Assembly: GCF_018350175.1 (NCBI RefSeq)
Contig: NC_058368.1
Location: 185,258,001 to 185,322,000 of the forward strand
Source of the DNA: Felis catus
Taxonomy: Eukaryota
DNA length: 64,000 nucleotides
Reading direction: 5' to 3'
The notes beneath the pieces were generated by a model. The model did no database searches and was not told the origin of the DNA. It saw only the letters and a program-made list of their open reading frames with translations. Each line of letters opens with the position of its first letter. Within the stretch, counting starts at the first letter, position 1. Positions 12,936 to 25,379 of this stretch are shown piece after piece. A program made the translations under genes and the position numbers.

Positions 12936-13139
12936 AGAAGCTATACTTTTCCATATACAGGTAAAAACAAGTTCACTGTAATAAGGAGAGCTTATCTTTT
13001 TTCTTCATGAGTGGGTTTTTAAAATGCCAGATGTTGGTCTTAAATCTTTCTTGGAACAAGAATAACATATTATTATATATAAATATCTAAAAAGTAACTA
13101 AATGAGCGTATATAAAATGTGTTGTAAAATGTATTTCTT

Positions 13140-13530
13140 GTTTTTGCCAGACCAGGTATCTAGTTCCTATTTTTTAGTAGCTACAACTTGATTTTGAGGG
13201 GTAACCACTCCTTCCATATTCTGAGATTTAGATGAGACAGACTTGACATCTTGGTTAGGCAAAACAACCTGGCACCATAGTTAGGAAAACAGTCGAGGCC
13301 TTACCATATTTCATCCTTTTCCACAATGCCCAGTGCAGGAATCATCAATGTGATACAATTCAGACCAATAGGATATAATCTTGTAGAGGCTGGGACAGAG
13401 GAGGTCATGCTTTGTTAATCATCAGAAGCATTGAAACTTGGAGCTGTCTATGACATCTCACGAGAGAGCCTTCCTGAAGATGGCGTCAACATAGGAAAGT
13501 AGACTTGAGAGACAGAGAGGAACAGATTTT
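13140..13530 (+). mobile_element. Old ERVL LTR remnant (LTR16-like)
   Basis: tgtgatacaattcagaccaatagg..ttggagctg..gagagccttcctgaagatgg motifs. Confidence 0.45.
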
Positions 13531-15326
13531 TTAATGTATCACTTCAAACAGGTTCTCTAAGTGATTTTATCTAGGTGGTCCATGGCCCTAGTTTGGAAAC
13601 CATTGTTTTATACTTTAGACTTACTAAAGAGGCTATCTAGATAAATAGTCTAAAAGAATCAGAGAACTATTTTAGTAACATGCCCTGTTATTTACTTCTT
13701 CCTTCTGTACATTAAACTCATGAGTCTGTTGCTTGAAGTTTCCCGTGCCTGGATTCTCCACTTTCTTGATCAAATTGTCTCAGTATGGATAACCTCATTG
13801 TCTTCTCATTCTACTTACGGGAAAGGTCAAGGCTGGTGAGACTGGGATCTGGTGCTGATGACTGGGTAAGAAAGGCTGAAGTTCACCTTTTCTCAGAATA
13901 TGTCACCTGGTTACTGCACTTTAAGCTAGGCTTTTATTCCTAGAAAACAGAAAAAGCTTTTGCCACATTCATAGAAACCCCAAATTCTAAAACACCATCC
14001 AGATATCCCCCAAAGTACTATAATCGATGTTCAACTAACACGCAGAAACAATGTCTTTTTCCCTAGCTGAACATTCTTCGGCAATATTTTCTCAAAAACT
14101 GTACCTTGGTGGGCCATTCTGCTCTGCCACTTTAGCTAGCAAGCCTACAATATGGCTTTGTTAGCACCAAAATATGTCTTCATATCATAATCATTGTTGT
14201 AACAAATGGGATAACAGAGAGTATCTATTAAGTTCGGCTTTGCTGGGCCCACAGGAGTTGTATATTACATAAAAAAAAACAAAAATGAATTCAAGACTGA
14301 AAAACATAAAACTTCCTTTCATAACAGCAATATGTCAACCTATAAAATACAAAGATAGGTATTTTTCACAATCAGAAGTCCCTATAATATGCCAGCTTCT
14401 TAAATAGAAGTATTTATTCTGCAGGTTGATTCAAAAAATAACCTTTTTGTTCTACAGGTAAATATTGCAATCCCATGCTTTCTGTGCAATAGTATGAAAC
14501 TTGTATCCTACTTTGTAATACTATTTTTAGGAAACATATGATTTTCCATAAGATACTCTTTTAAGAGTATGTATTCTGCTCATTAAGTAGTATTCTAGGT
14601 GCTCAGGCTCATAAGGTACTGGGGACCAAAAATAAATAAATTTAAGTTATTTAGTTGTTATTCTTAATTTACCTACTTTAGGAAATAGTAGTGTTTGCTA
14701 TTATCTAGCACAAATTAATATTTAGGATTAGATTTAATATTCTTACATAAAATTATTTAAAGTTGTTAGAATATACTCTATTAGGAAAAGCAACATGGCA
14801 AATGACATGAATTAGTAACTCATCTGCAAATACTCTTCCTTTTTTTGCTGGTTGTTTTCTTTTAGTTCAAGAATTTTGCCCAGAGTACAAGATAACTCCC
14901 AAACCACTGCCTGAGTCTCCATGTGCCTTCTGTTTATTCAATCAGTCATCCAGTTTTACAGCAAAGACTTGAGGGTTTATTTTATCTTATTTTTTGGGGT
15001 GAGAATATTTAAGTTGTAATCTTGTAGCAAATTTCAGTTACATAATATAGTACTGTTAACTACAGTCATCATGTTTTACATTAAATTTTCAGAACTTACG
15101 CATCTTATAGCTGAAAATTTGTACCAACCTTTCCCTATTTCCCCACTTCCTAGGCCCTGGTAACCACTTTTGTATTCTGTTTGACTTAAAAAAAATCCAC
15201 ATATAAGTGATACCATGGAGTATTTTTCTTTGTCTGGTTGTTTCACTTAGCATAATGCCCTCAAGGTCTATCCATGTTGTTGCAAAAGGCAGAATTTCCT
15301 TCTTTCTCATAGCTGGGTAATATTTC

Positions 15327-15328
<2 letters not shown>

Positions 15329-15369
<41 letters not shown>
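15329..15369. repeat. (TG)n microsatellite
   Basis: About 20 perfect TG units. Confidence 0.98.
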
Positions 15370-15371
<2 letters not shown>

Positions 15372-15825
15372 ATATAACTTCTTTATCCATTCATCCACTG
15401 ATGGATATTTAGGTATTTCCATAACTTAGCTGTTATGAATAATACTATGATGAACAGGGGAGTGTAGATACCTCTTTGATATTCTGTTTTCATTTTCTTT
15501 GTATATATACCTCCAAAGACAAGTGGAATTGCTGGATATTATGGCAGTTCTATTTTTAATTTTTTAAGGAACCTCCATGTTGTCTTCCATAATGGCCATA
15601 TCAATTTGCATTCACCAGTAGTGTACAGGATTTCCTTTTCTCCATATCCTCACTGACATTTATAATCTTGTATCTTTTTGATGATAGTCATTCTAACAGG
15701 TATAAGGCAATATATCATTGTGGTTTTGATTTGCATTCCCATGATTCTTAGTGATGTTGAACAATTTTTCTTGTACTTTGTGGCCATGTGTATATCTTTG
15801 GAAAAATGTCTATTTGTTTCCTCCA

Positions 15826-16290
15826 TTTTTATTTCATTTTAATTAATTACTTATTTTTATTCAAGTAATAATTAACATAGAATGTTATATTAGTATTAAG
15901 TATACAGTACGATGATTCAACAATTCTGTGCATTTCTCAGTGCTCATCAAGTTAAGGATAGTCCAGGGATGCCTGGGTGGCTCAGTCAGTTGAGCATCCG
16001 ACTTCAGCTAGGTTCATGGTGGGTTTGAACCCTCTGTTGGGCTCTGTGCTGACAGCTTGCTCAGAGCCTGGAGCCTGCTTCAGATTCTGTGTCTCCTTCT
16101 CTCTCCGTTCCTCCCCCATTCACGCTCTGTCTCTCTGTCTCTCAAAAATAAATAAATGTTAAAAAAAAAAGATAAGTATAGTCCACTCTTTATCTATTTC
16201 GCCATGCTCCACCCACTTCCCCCTGGCAACCACCATTTTGTTTTCTATATTTAAGAGTCTTTGTTTGTTTGTTTGTTTGTCTTATTTGTG
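15826..16290 (-). mobile_element. Short carnivore L1 3' tail nested in an older L1
   Basis: AT-rich tail, then gatgattcaacaattctg..cagtgctcatc..ctggcaaccacca, interrupting otherwise continuous ORF2 sequence. Confidence 0.75.
15966..16170 (+). mobile_element. Can-SINE
   Basis: TSD g(t/a)taag(g/t)atagtcca at 15951-15965 and 16171-16185. Confidence 0.95.
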
Positions 16291-16713
16291 TTTTTTTGTT
16301 GTTTTTGGATTATTACTTTTTGCTGTTGAGTTATAGGAATATATATTTAACATACTAACCGCTTAGCAGATATATGATTTGCAAATATTTTCTCCCATTC
16401 CCTGGGTTTCTCTTTATTTTGTTGATGTTTTTCTTTGCTGTGTAGAAGCCTTTTAGTTAGATATAGTCCTGCTTATTGATGTTTGCTTTTGTTGCCTTTA
16501 GTTTTGGTGTCAAATCCAAAATATCATTACCAAGACTGATATTAAGGAGCTTACCCTGACGTTTTCTTCTAGGAAATTTATGGTTTCACGTCTTACATTC
16601 AAGTTGATTTTTAGTTGATTTTCATTTATGGTGTAAGATAGGGGTCCAGCTTTGTTCTTTTGCATTTTAGGATCTACTTTAGAATGCATCAGAATCACCT
16701 CAATTGATTATAA

Positions 16714-16933
16714 TTTTTTTTATGTTTTTTTTTTTGAGACGGGGTGGGGGGAGGAGGGGAGGAGGACAGAGGTGGGGGAGGGACAGAGAGAGAGCGAGAC
16801 ACAGAATCTGAAGCAGGCTCCAGACTCCGAGCAGTCAGCACAGAGCCCAACGTGAGGCTCGAACTCACAAACCGTGAAATCATAACCTTAGCCAAAGTCA
16901 GACTCTTAACTGACTGAGCCACCCAGGAGCCCC
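16714..16933 (-). mobile_element. Can-SINE
   Basis: Imperfect TSD cacctcaattgattataa / caccccatctgattataa. Confidence 0.95.
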
Positions 16934-17318
16934 ACCCCATCTGATTATAAATGAAGAGTGTCAGACCTCATTCTCTCAGTATCTATCTCAGTAGGTAAAT
17001 GATAGGGTATAAAAGAAAAATCTCAATTTTACCAAGTTTTGCAGGTACTTCTGAATCAGGACTATAAATCATACTTAGCAAAATGCTGCCTTTTTATATT
17101 CTAGGCATCATAATATCAGAAGGTGAATGAAATAGGGCTAGATACAGAAAGCAAGATAACTAAGGTACAAAATTTAGGGAGGCACACACTCTCAGCCTTG
17201 ACCCTAATTTTGATGTACAGATTCCACTAACCCAACCATGTGTTGAAATATTTATTCCCCACCATTGTCCACCCACATCCCATCCCCAGGTAGGCACTTG
17301 TATTTCATTATTGCTTTG

Positions 17319-17362
17319 GGGCTCTCTGGGTTCTCAGAAAGGGCTCTCTGGGTTCTCAGAAA
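17319..17362. repeat. Perfect 22-bp tandem duplication
   Basis: gggctctctgggttctcagaaa x2. Confidence 0.97.
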
Positions 17363-19380
17363 GAGCTAATACATAGATGGGTGTTATGTAACTTCCTCTC
17401 CCTAATAGATTTATTTTCATATCACCTTTAAGTTCACAAATTAACAAATTAACATATTAAACAAATGGCAGAGGTTTTGCCAAAAATCTGAGGACCCATT
17501 CTCTGACCTTGCAAGTACCTTTAAGTGTAATTTTATTTAAATAGACTAAAAGCTTTTACATAAATACAACTTGGCAGTTAAATGATATTTGGGGAGGGAA
17601 GAATAGAAACTACATAAAAAAGCCAAGTGAGTTGAATGATTTTTTCCTCATAGAAGTTATATTTGTGTTTTTTAAAGATATTACCATTCACACTGGCATT
17701 TATTTATCTGTGAAGATTAGATTTACCTAACACATCTTCTTTATGTTATGTTGATCTTAAATGTATGCAAAACTTTGCAGTGATGCGGCCTGTAAACAGA
17801 GGGACCCTGGATGTGACCAAATGGAATGATGACATGTTCCTCGTACAGATGGCATGGCAATCCTTAATTGCTGAGAACATCAGAATATATGTGATCTTCA
17901 CACATCAGTGGTACTTGTTTTTTGCCCTTGAAGTTGTTCATTTAAAAAAAGCCAAAGATATATTCCCTGACAAAAGAGAGTTAACTGTCTTTAAGTTTGC
18001 TCTATACTATGTACTAAATTTAAATCATATTATTATAATAAGCTAGTTGGGAAGAGACCTATACTCTTAAATACTTGGTGCCAAGACTTTTCTTAACTCT
18101 GCTTCCGAGGATGCTAATTCTCAGCATTTCAGTTGTTGCTGATCTTATTTCAGCATCTCACATAATTAGAATTGCTACAAATTCTGACTATTCAATCATC
18201 TCTTCCCTGCTTTGTGAAATGTGCTAACAGACTATGAAATGGAGGTGGACTCCCTGTGCTCTTGCTTTGAGTCTAAACGGAGTTAAATATAACACATCAG
18301 GAAGTGTCTGAATCCACCTCCATTTCAATGTGATCCTCAGTACATTTCCCTTGAGGTTGGCAGAGAGCTGTAAATATGTTTTTTTTTTTTTAACTCCAGT
18401 TTTGACTTAAAATTTTCCTCCACCCATCAACTGGTTACCCTGGATTCTAGAAGGATAGGGAGGGAGGGAAGGAGGGAGGGAGAGAAAGAAAGAAGGAGGC
18501 AGACAGAAAACTTGGTTGAATCATTTGTTATCTTGTGATATTTTGTATTATATGCAGTTAGTCTCACCAGAAATTAATATATGTTAATTCAAAGAGCGAG
18601 ATCTAAGAAGGGGGCATGAAATGGGACCAACTAAATTAGGTTGAAGACCTATACAGATGGGCTTTAAAAAACATCTGGGTTTTGGAACACTGGTCCAAAC
18701 ATGTTTGCTTCAGAGTCTCTTATAGGTGTGATAAAGAAAACTTTTACTGTGATTTCCTTATTTTCTAATTCAGCAAAAGAGTAGAATTCATTTCCCTAGT
18801 GTAACGCAAACCTGAGAATTTGGCTCTAAAATGTAGCCCAAGTATACACATTTCTGAACTTGACCTTTTCTAGAGTTTTTGCAAGTTCAGGTAAATAGAG
18901 AAGCTTAAGCTTATAAACTCCTGATTTTAAATGGTGTCTTGTCTCTTTTCTTCACATTTAAAATTTTCTGTAATCAGCTGAGACACTGTCTCCATAAAGC
19001 TTCTGTTAAACTGAGAGTTATTTTCCAGTGATATTGAACATTAAAATGCTGTCAGTTCCTTACACTTATAGAAGAGACCTGGTTTTAACAGAGTATTGGG
19101 GAAAAGTTTCAACATTTGAGAACTGCCAGGAGAGGAGCGAAAAGTACGTGCTGTCCAGGCAGATCCTGGAAAACTTGAGCACAGGCAGAATAAGGGCATC
19201 AAGCTCAGAGAGAAAAGGAGGGCTGCCTCAGAGATGCTTAGTTTAGTTTTTCTTAGGGCTGCCCACACAAAGTTTTCAGTCAGTGACTCACCAAAATTCA
19301 TTTCCCTAAATGTGATGCTATTTTGTCTGTCTTAAGAAGTTCAATAAGCATTTTCTGCCAGAAAATATATTTCTGGGCAG

Positions 19381-19947
19381 CAGAGGTTCTTTAGCATTTT
19401 TGTAGCGTGGACCTCTTATGGCACCTGGTAAAACCCTTAACCCTCTTTTTTGAATAATGTTTTAAACGTATAAAGTAAGACACCTAAGATTAAAGGAAAC
19501 CTGTTATGTTTAAATATAATTATAAAAAATAAATTCTCTATATGTTTAAATGTAATTTAAATATAAAAGGAAACCTATGATGTTTAAATATATTTCCTAA
19601 AATATAATAAAACCAGAGTTGTGAGTAGTAATAATACACACTTCTCAAATACATTTAATAGTAAGATCTCTTATTACCTAATTATTAGCATAATTTTGAA
19701 GTAGTGGTGAACATAAATGCTGTCTTGAACTGTTTGCAACAACTGTAATATGTTGATTTCTGCTGATGACAGAGCCACAGATTCTACTAATCCTGGAATT
19801 TGTTGCCTACACTGATAATTGAAGGAAAAGCTAACTCAGGTTCATGGGAAAGCAAGGATACAATTTTATTCATTCATGTTCACGGAGCTCTTGAATTCTA
19901 TCCATGGTCTCCTAGGTGGGCTGTGTTCCCATGGTTAAAAATTCTTG
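19381..19947. mobile_element. hAT-Charlie non-autonomous DNA transposon (MER119-like)
   Basis: Degenerate terminal inverted repeats cagaggttctttagc / ggttaaaaattcttg, with internal gaataatgttttaaa..aaaggaaacc. Confidence 0.65.
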
Positions 19948-22310
19948 CTACATAAATTAAGACAAATAAGATAAATCAGATTTCCTCATGTCAAGGAATG
20001 GCTTTGATATATTTCTTGTAACATTTTATAACAACTGAAAACGTATCTTTCAAATGATATACTTTCAGGGAAATTGAGACCTTTGAAATTGGGAAATTGG
20101 TTTTGATGTTTTTTTCATCATGAAACAAAGTGTTCCCTTGGCATGCTCACCTCAGTTAAATGCATTTAATAAAATCCCTGTGGTATTTGTATACTACAGT
20201 ATTGTTGGGGGAGGGTGTCAATTTATGAAAATCATGTTAAACTATAAAAAAACTAAGGAAAAGGATATGATGAGTCAGAAGTAACAAATTTCTATGAGAA
20301 TAGGGCTTTTCTTTCTTTTTTTAAAAAGAGTAAATTCATCAATAGCATTTTGCCTTAAGATGTTAATCTCTCCCAGACAGGACCAACACAGCAAGCCATT
20401 TCAAACTGATCACAGAACAAAAATTGGCATCAGGTTCCCTTGGCTTCTCCTTAAGCATGCGACATGGCTCATTTCATGAGTAATGAAAATAATGATGATA
20501 ATGACAACAGAGAATACTGTCCAAAGTATAGTAGAGAAAGAAACCAAAAGGGGGAAAACCACAATTGTTTCTAGCACTATGTTTAAAATTCTTAGACTTT
20601 GAGTTTTCGGGGTGAAATAAAGACTTCTTCAGCAGCAGAGTACACATGTTTCATTTCTGTTTTCTGAAAATTTATATTTCTAAGGGAAACAATGAGAAGA
20701 AACCAGGGGAACTTCTAATTCCAGATCAGGGTTCTGACTTAAATGTTGACAGAGGACAGATAGGACATATACAGGCCTATATTGGGTCAGGTATAAAACA
20801 GAAGAAGGATTGATAAGATGAGCACAGATCACAAGGAGTCAAGTGTAAATGAAAAGGAAATGGTGTAGTCCATAAGAATTTCACAATGTCTGTCTAACTG
20901 TAGCAAGTTTGATTGGCCATGGTTGGACAGATGGGATGGAGATAGGAAAATGTACTTCCATAAGAAAGCAGAATTCAATTTTTCTATCCCCATTTTATCT
21001 GCTTCACTGTACTCTGGCAATATTGACTTAATTGATCTTTCCTTTGGGTAAAGTCTTATCAGTGATACTTCTACCTTGATATATTATGTAGCAGTAGACT
21101 TTCACACAATAATTTACTGTTTGGTGTCCCTAACAGATTGTATATGAGCTATATGTTTTTCCGTAATACTGCAAAATAAACCGCAAATAACCATCTATTT
21201 AGCCTCAAGTCTAAGGGATTTCTCTGGTTTGGACTGGCTTTGGCTGATTTGGTTATGCTTGGTTGATCTCAGCTGGGCTTACTTAAGCCTCTGCAATCAG
21301 AGCAGGTCAGCAAGGTAGTAGCTCTGTTCATGGTTACTTGGTTCACTCACATGTTTGACCAGCTGCCTATTACCTAATCTAGGATGGCCTTGTTTGAGAT
21401 GACTTGAACAACTCAGCTATGTTCCTTATGTTCCTTCCTCCAACACGGAAGCTTGAATGTGTTCTTCACATGTTTTTGGCAGAAGGAAAGAAAGAGATAA
21501 GCACCAACACTTTTTTTTAACTTGGTCTTGAGTTGCTGTGCTAATATTTTATTGACATAAGTGAGTCAGAAAGCCAATCAGATTCAAGAGTAAGGGAATA
21601 TATTCAAATCAAAAACCCCACTGAGATGCCATTTCCCATTCTTTAGTTTTGCCGTACTCAGAAAGGCAGAAAATAACAAGTGTTGGCAAGGATGTGAATA
21701 GCTGGCAGGGATGTTAAAATGGTTCACCCACTGTGAAAAATGGTGTAGTAATTTCTCAGAAAATTAAACATAAAATTATCATATGATCTAGCAATTCCAC
21801 TTCTGGGTGTATATATAAAATAATTGAAAGCAGAATCTCAGAGGAATATTTGCACACGCATGGTTAGAAAAGCATTATCCAGAATAGCTAAAATATGGAA
21901 GCAACCCAAGTCCATCGATGGATGAGTGGGTAAACAAAAGTGGTATGCACACACATGCACACACACATACAAACAAACTGGAATATTACTCACTTTTAAA
22001 AGCAAGGAAGTTTTGACACATGAACAAACTGGGTGAGCCTTGAAATAACTATACTAAGTGAAATAAATCCTAAAAGGACAAATATTGTAAGATTCCACTT
22101 ACATGAGGTTTCTACTATAGTCAAATTCACACAGACAGAAAATAGAATGGTAGTTGTAGGGGACAGAGATAAAGGGAAATGGGCAGTTAGTTTGATGAGT
22201 ACAGAAAATCAGTTGAAGAAGATGAAAAAATTCTGAAGATGGATGGTGGTGATGGTTGCACAACAAGGTGAATGTATTCATTGTCACTGAACTATAAAAA
22301 TGATTATAAT

Positions 22311-22718
22311 GGGGTGCCTGGGTGGCTCAGATTGGTTAAGCTTCCAGCTCTTGATTTCAGCTCAAGTCCTGATCTTACAGTTGTGTGATCGAGCCCTGCG
22401 TCAAGCTCTGTGCTGGTGTGGAGACTGCTTAAGATTATCTCCCTCCCCGGGTGCCTGGGTGGCTCAGTTGGTTGGGCGTCCAACTTCGGCCTCGGCCATG
22501 ATCTCACCGTTCCCGAGTTCAAGCCCTGTGTTGGGCTCTGTGCTGACAGCTCAGAGCCTGGAGCCTGCTTTGGATTCTGTGTCTCCCTGTCTCTCTCTGC
22601 CCCTTCCCTGCTCATGCTCTGTCTCTCTCTTAAAAACAAACTCTTAAAAAAAATTATCTCTCTTCCTCTCCCTCTACTCCTGCTCCTACTCCTGTACTCT
22701 CTCTCTCAATTTTTTTTT
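22311..22718 (+). mobile_element. Can-SINE (older) hosting a second SINE
   Basis: TSD aaatg(a/g)ttataatgg at 22298-22312 and 22719-22733. Confidence 0.9.
22449..22650 (+). mobile_element. Can-SINE nested in a Can-SINE
   Basis: Second gggtgcctgggtggctcag head. Degenerate TSD aagattatctccctcc / aaattatctctcttcc. Confidence 0.92.
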
Positions 22719-23642
22719 AAATGGTTATAATGGTAAGTTTTTTGTCATCTATATTTTACCACAATTAAAAAAGTACACAAAAAGGAGTAAGAGAGTAAAT
22801 TTAGCTTCATTAGTAATTATTGCTGCTAAGTCATGTAGCAAAATGGATGTGGATGCACAGAGAAGCACATAACTGGGGACATTCAAGCAGTCGGTCTATC
22901 ACAGAGGATATTTTTAAAGGCAGTAACATGTTTTTAAAAGCATAATGAATCATTGAAAAATTTAATTTTCTTCAAATGACTGACAGTTTCTTCAAATTTA
23001 TAACAGAGTTAGAAAATTGTAGTGAGGTGTTATATCTTAGGATGGTAGTCTGCATGAAACAGGGATTTGAATTTTGGAACTGAGTTCAAGAATACTAGTG
23101 ACAGAATACCTGGCTCCCTTACACAACATACTAGTTAGAATAAAAAACTCAAGTTAGAGGGAATAAGTCAAATTCCATATATTACATTTTGCTTATGCTA
23201 CAAATAATCACTAAAGCATTAAAGTCTTCTTTTGAAATGGGTTGTATTAAGATATACGAAAAAAATCAGATGCCAAACACTTTATTAAATTTCACTTACC
23301 TTCCAGCAGCTATATAAAGATAGAAATCTATAGTTGCTGCCATTGCATTGTTATGTGTAATTGTGATCTGAACTTAGAGTATTATAATATTAATTAAAAT
23401 TCTGCACTATTCATAATTTCCTTCATCTGTGCTATTTCCAGTTTTCTGGTAATGAAAATGCTTATGATACTAATAGTGAAGGCATCTGTCCAATGTTTAC
23501 ACACAAGCATCATTAAATATTTCTAATTTATTAAAATTCATGCTCATGTTCTTTTTGAAATATTGGGTAATGACTCCATTCATATGGGAAATTTGTGAGT
23601 TCTAATTTCACTTAGAGAAAACTGAACATATGATAGTATATT

Positions 23643-23856
23643 TTTATTTTATTTTATTTTTTTAAAACGTTTATTTATTTTTGACAGAGCACAGGCGGGG
23701 GAGGAGCAAAGAGAGAGGGAGACACAGAATGTGAAGCAGGCTCCAGGCTCTGAGCTGTCAGCACAGAGCCCGACATATGGCTTGAACCCACCAACTGTGA
23801 AATCGTCACCTGAGCCGAAGTCGGTCTCTCAACCGACTGAGCCACCCAGGTGCCCC
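23643..23856 (-). mobile_element. Can-SINE
   Basis: T-rich tail running to ..gagccacccaggtgcccc. Confidence 0.97.
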
Positions 23857-23883
23857 ATATTTTAAAAAAACATCATAATACAT

Positions 23884-24050
23884 GGGGCATCTGAATGGCT
23901 CAGTTAGTTGAGCGTCTGACTTCAGCTCAGGTCATGATCTCACGGTCTGTGAGTTCAAGCCCTGCGTAGGGCTCTGTGCTGACAGCATGGAGCCTGGAGC
24001 CTGCTTTGGATTCTGTGTCTCCCTCTCTCTCTGCCCCTCCCCCACTGGCA

Positions 24051-24086
<36 letters not shown>

Positions 24087-24111
24087 AATAAATAAACATT
24101 AAAATAAAATA
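23884..24111 (+). mobile_element. Can-SINE
   Basis: ggggcatctgaatggctcag head. TSD aaaaacatcataatacat / aaaaccatcatagtgcat. Confidence 0.97.
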
Positions 24112-24450
24112 AAAACCATCATAGTGCATATAGTACCAGTAAAAGGAATAGCATTAGTTATTTTAATAGTAATTGTTTTGGGAGCTTTATATTTTTATTA
24201 TGAATTTTAGGGGGATAAAAATTAATCATAAAAGTAAGATTGAAGCTATTCCATCTAATGTAAAATCCATATTGAATATTGCAAAAAATTATTATTTTAT
24301 TCTTATAATTTACTGAGGCAGAGCAAATGGATACTATGCTCATCTTACAGTTGACAAAATGAATCTCATAGTTTAAGTGACTTTTTCAAGTTTACCAAGT
24401 TGTTTAGTGCTGGAGACAGAACAAGCCTTCCAAATTGCTGTCTCCTAGAA

Positions 24451-24760
24451 CTGTGGTATGCACTGATACCGCCCTCTGCCACAAGTGGCTATTGAGCACG
24501 TGACACGTGAAAACTCTGAACTGAGATGTGCTGTGGGAATGAAATATACACTGGATTGCAAAGAAAGTACTAGAAAAGGAATGTAAAATATCCCATTAAT
24601 AATTTTATATTGATTACATGTGAAAGTGATAAGACTTGTGATATGTTGGGCTAAATAAAATATTTTGAAATAATTTCCCTTAAAAATCCTTTTAATGTGG
24701 CCACTATAAAACTTAAAATTTTATATAAAGCTCTCAGTGTATTTCTCATGGACAGTGCCG
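24451..24760. mobile_element. MER33-like hAT-Charlie element
   Basis: 8-bp TSD tcctagaa at 24443-24450 and 24761-24768; gccacaagtggctattgagcac motif. Confidence 0.8.
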
Positions 24761-25379
24761 TCCTAGAACTGCTTTGGGCTGTTGCATCTGAGTAGGGGGC
24801 ATGAATTGTATGTCTGAGTTCATATGGTGTGTTTTGGGTTGAAGAATCAGTTAGGGTTTGACATGATTATTGCCACGTCAGTATAACTATCATCACTAGC
24901 TACTGTTTGGTGCATTCATAAATTGTCATAATTAAATGGTTAAATGTATTGCCTCTGAAGTTATAAATTCTGACAATAAGTTCCCTTGTTATCATAGATA
25001 TGTTAAGTTCCTTGAGGATACACATCTTAACCTCTTCACTTTTGATCATCATCTTTAGTACGCAGTGTGTCAGGGTTTAGTAGTAGTCAGAATATTTAAA
25101 AAAAGCTTACCCGGTAAGAAAGAATATTCTGATTCCCTGCCGCCTGACTTTTCTTAAATGCTTTGCTCAAAGCAATAGAAAAAAAAAATAAACTTCTAAG
25201 ATGGCATGACCCATGAGAAACGAAACAGCCACATATAAAATTTAAAATTTTAGTAGTCACATTAAAATAGTAAAAAAGTGTAATTAATTTAATAATATAT
25301 TTTATTTACTCTAATATATCCAAAGCAACAAGATGGCAGTTTTTAAGCAAACCTGTTTGTGTGTCTCCATTTCTTATAA

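Larger units (their letters stand above)
14975..16665 (-). mobile_element. L1 3' portion (ORF2 C-terminus and 3'UTR)
   Basis: Peptide-like KKEILPFATTWIDLEGIMLSE on the minus strand. Contains (TG)n, a second L1 tail and a SINE. Confidence 0.92.
21606..22782 (+). mobile_element. L1MB-like 3' end
   Basis: caaatcaaaaaccccactgagat..gatctagcaattccacttctggg..ttttaccacaattaaaaa. Degenerate TSD aagagtaagggaatatatt / aggagtaagagagtaaatt. Confidence 0.9.
21140..22902 (-). mobile_element. MLT1-type MaLR LTR split by an L1 insertion (pieces about 21140-21604 and 22783-22902)
   Basis: gatctcagctgggctt..tctaggatggcct motifs; the second piece ends ..ctatcaca (TGTGATAG on the minus strand). Confidence 0.65.

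Noticed and set aside
17135..17215. Possible MER91-like fragment
   Set aside because: Too short and diverged to call from memory.
17765..18046. 93-aa ATG-initiated ORF in unique sequence
   Set aside because: No recognisable homology and it decays into AT-rich sequence; cannot be supported without a search.
19284..20277. AP-1-like TGA(C/G)TCA motifs
   Set aside because: 7-mers are expected by chance several times in 64 kb, and there is no convincing clustering.
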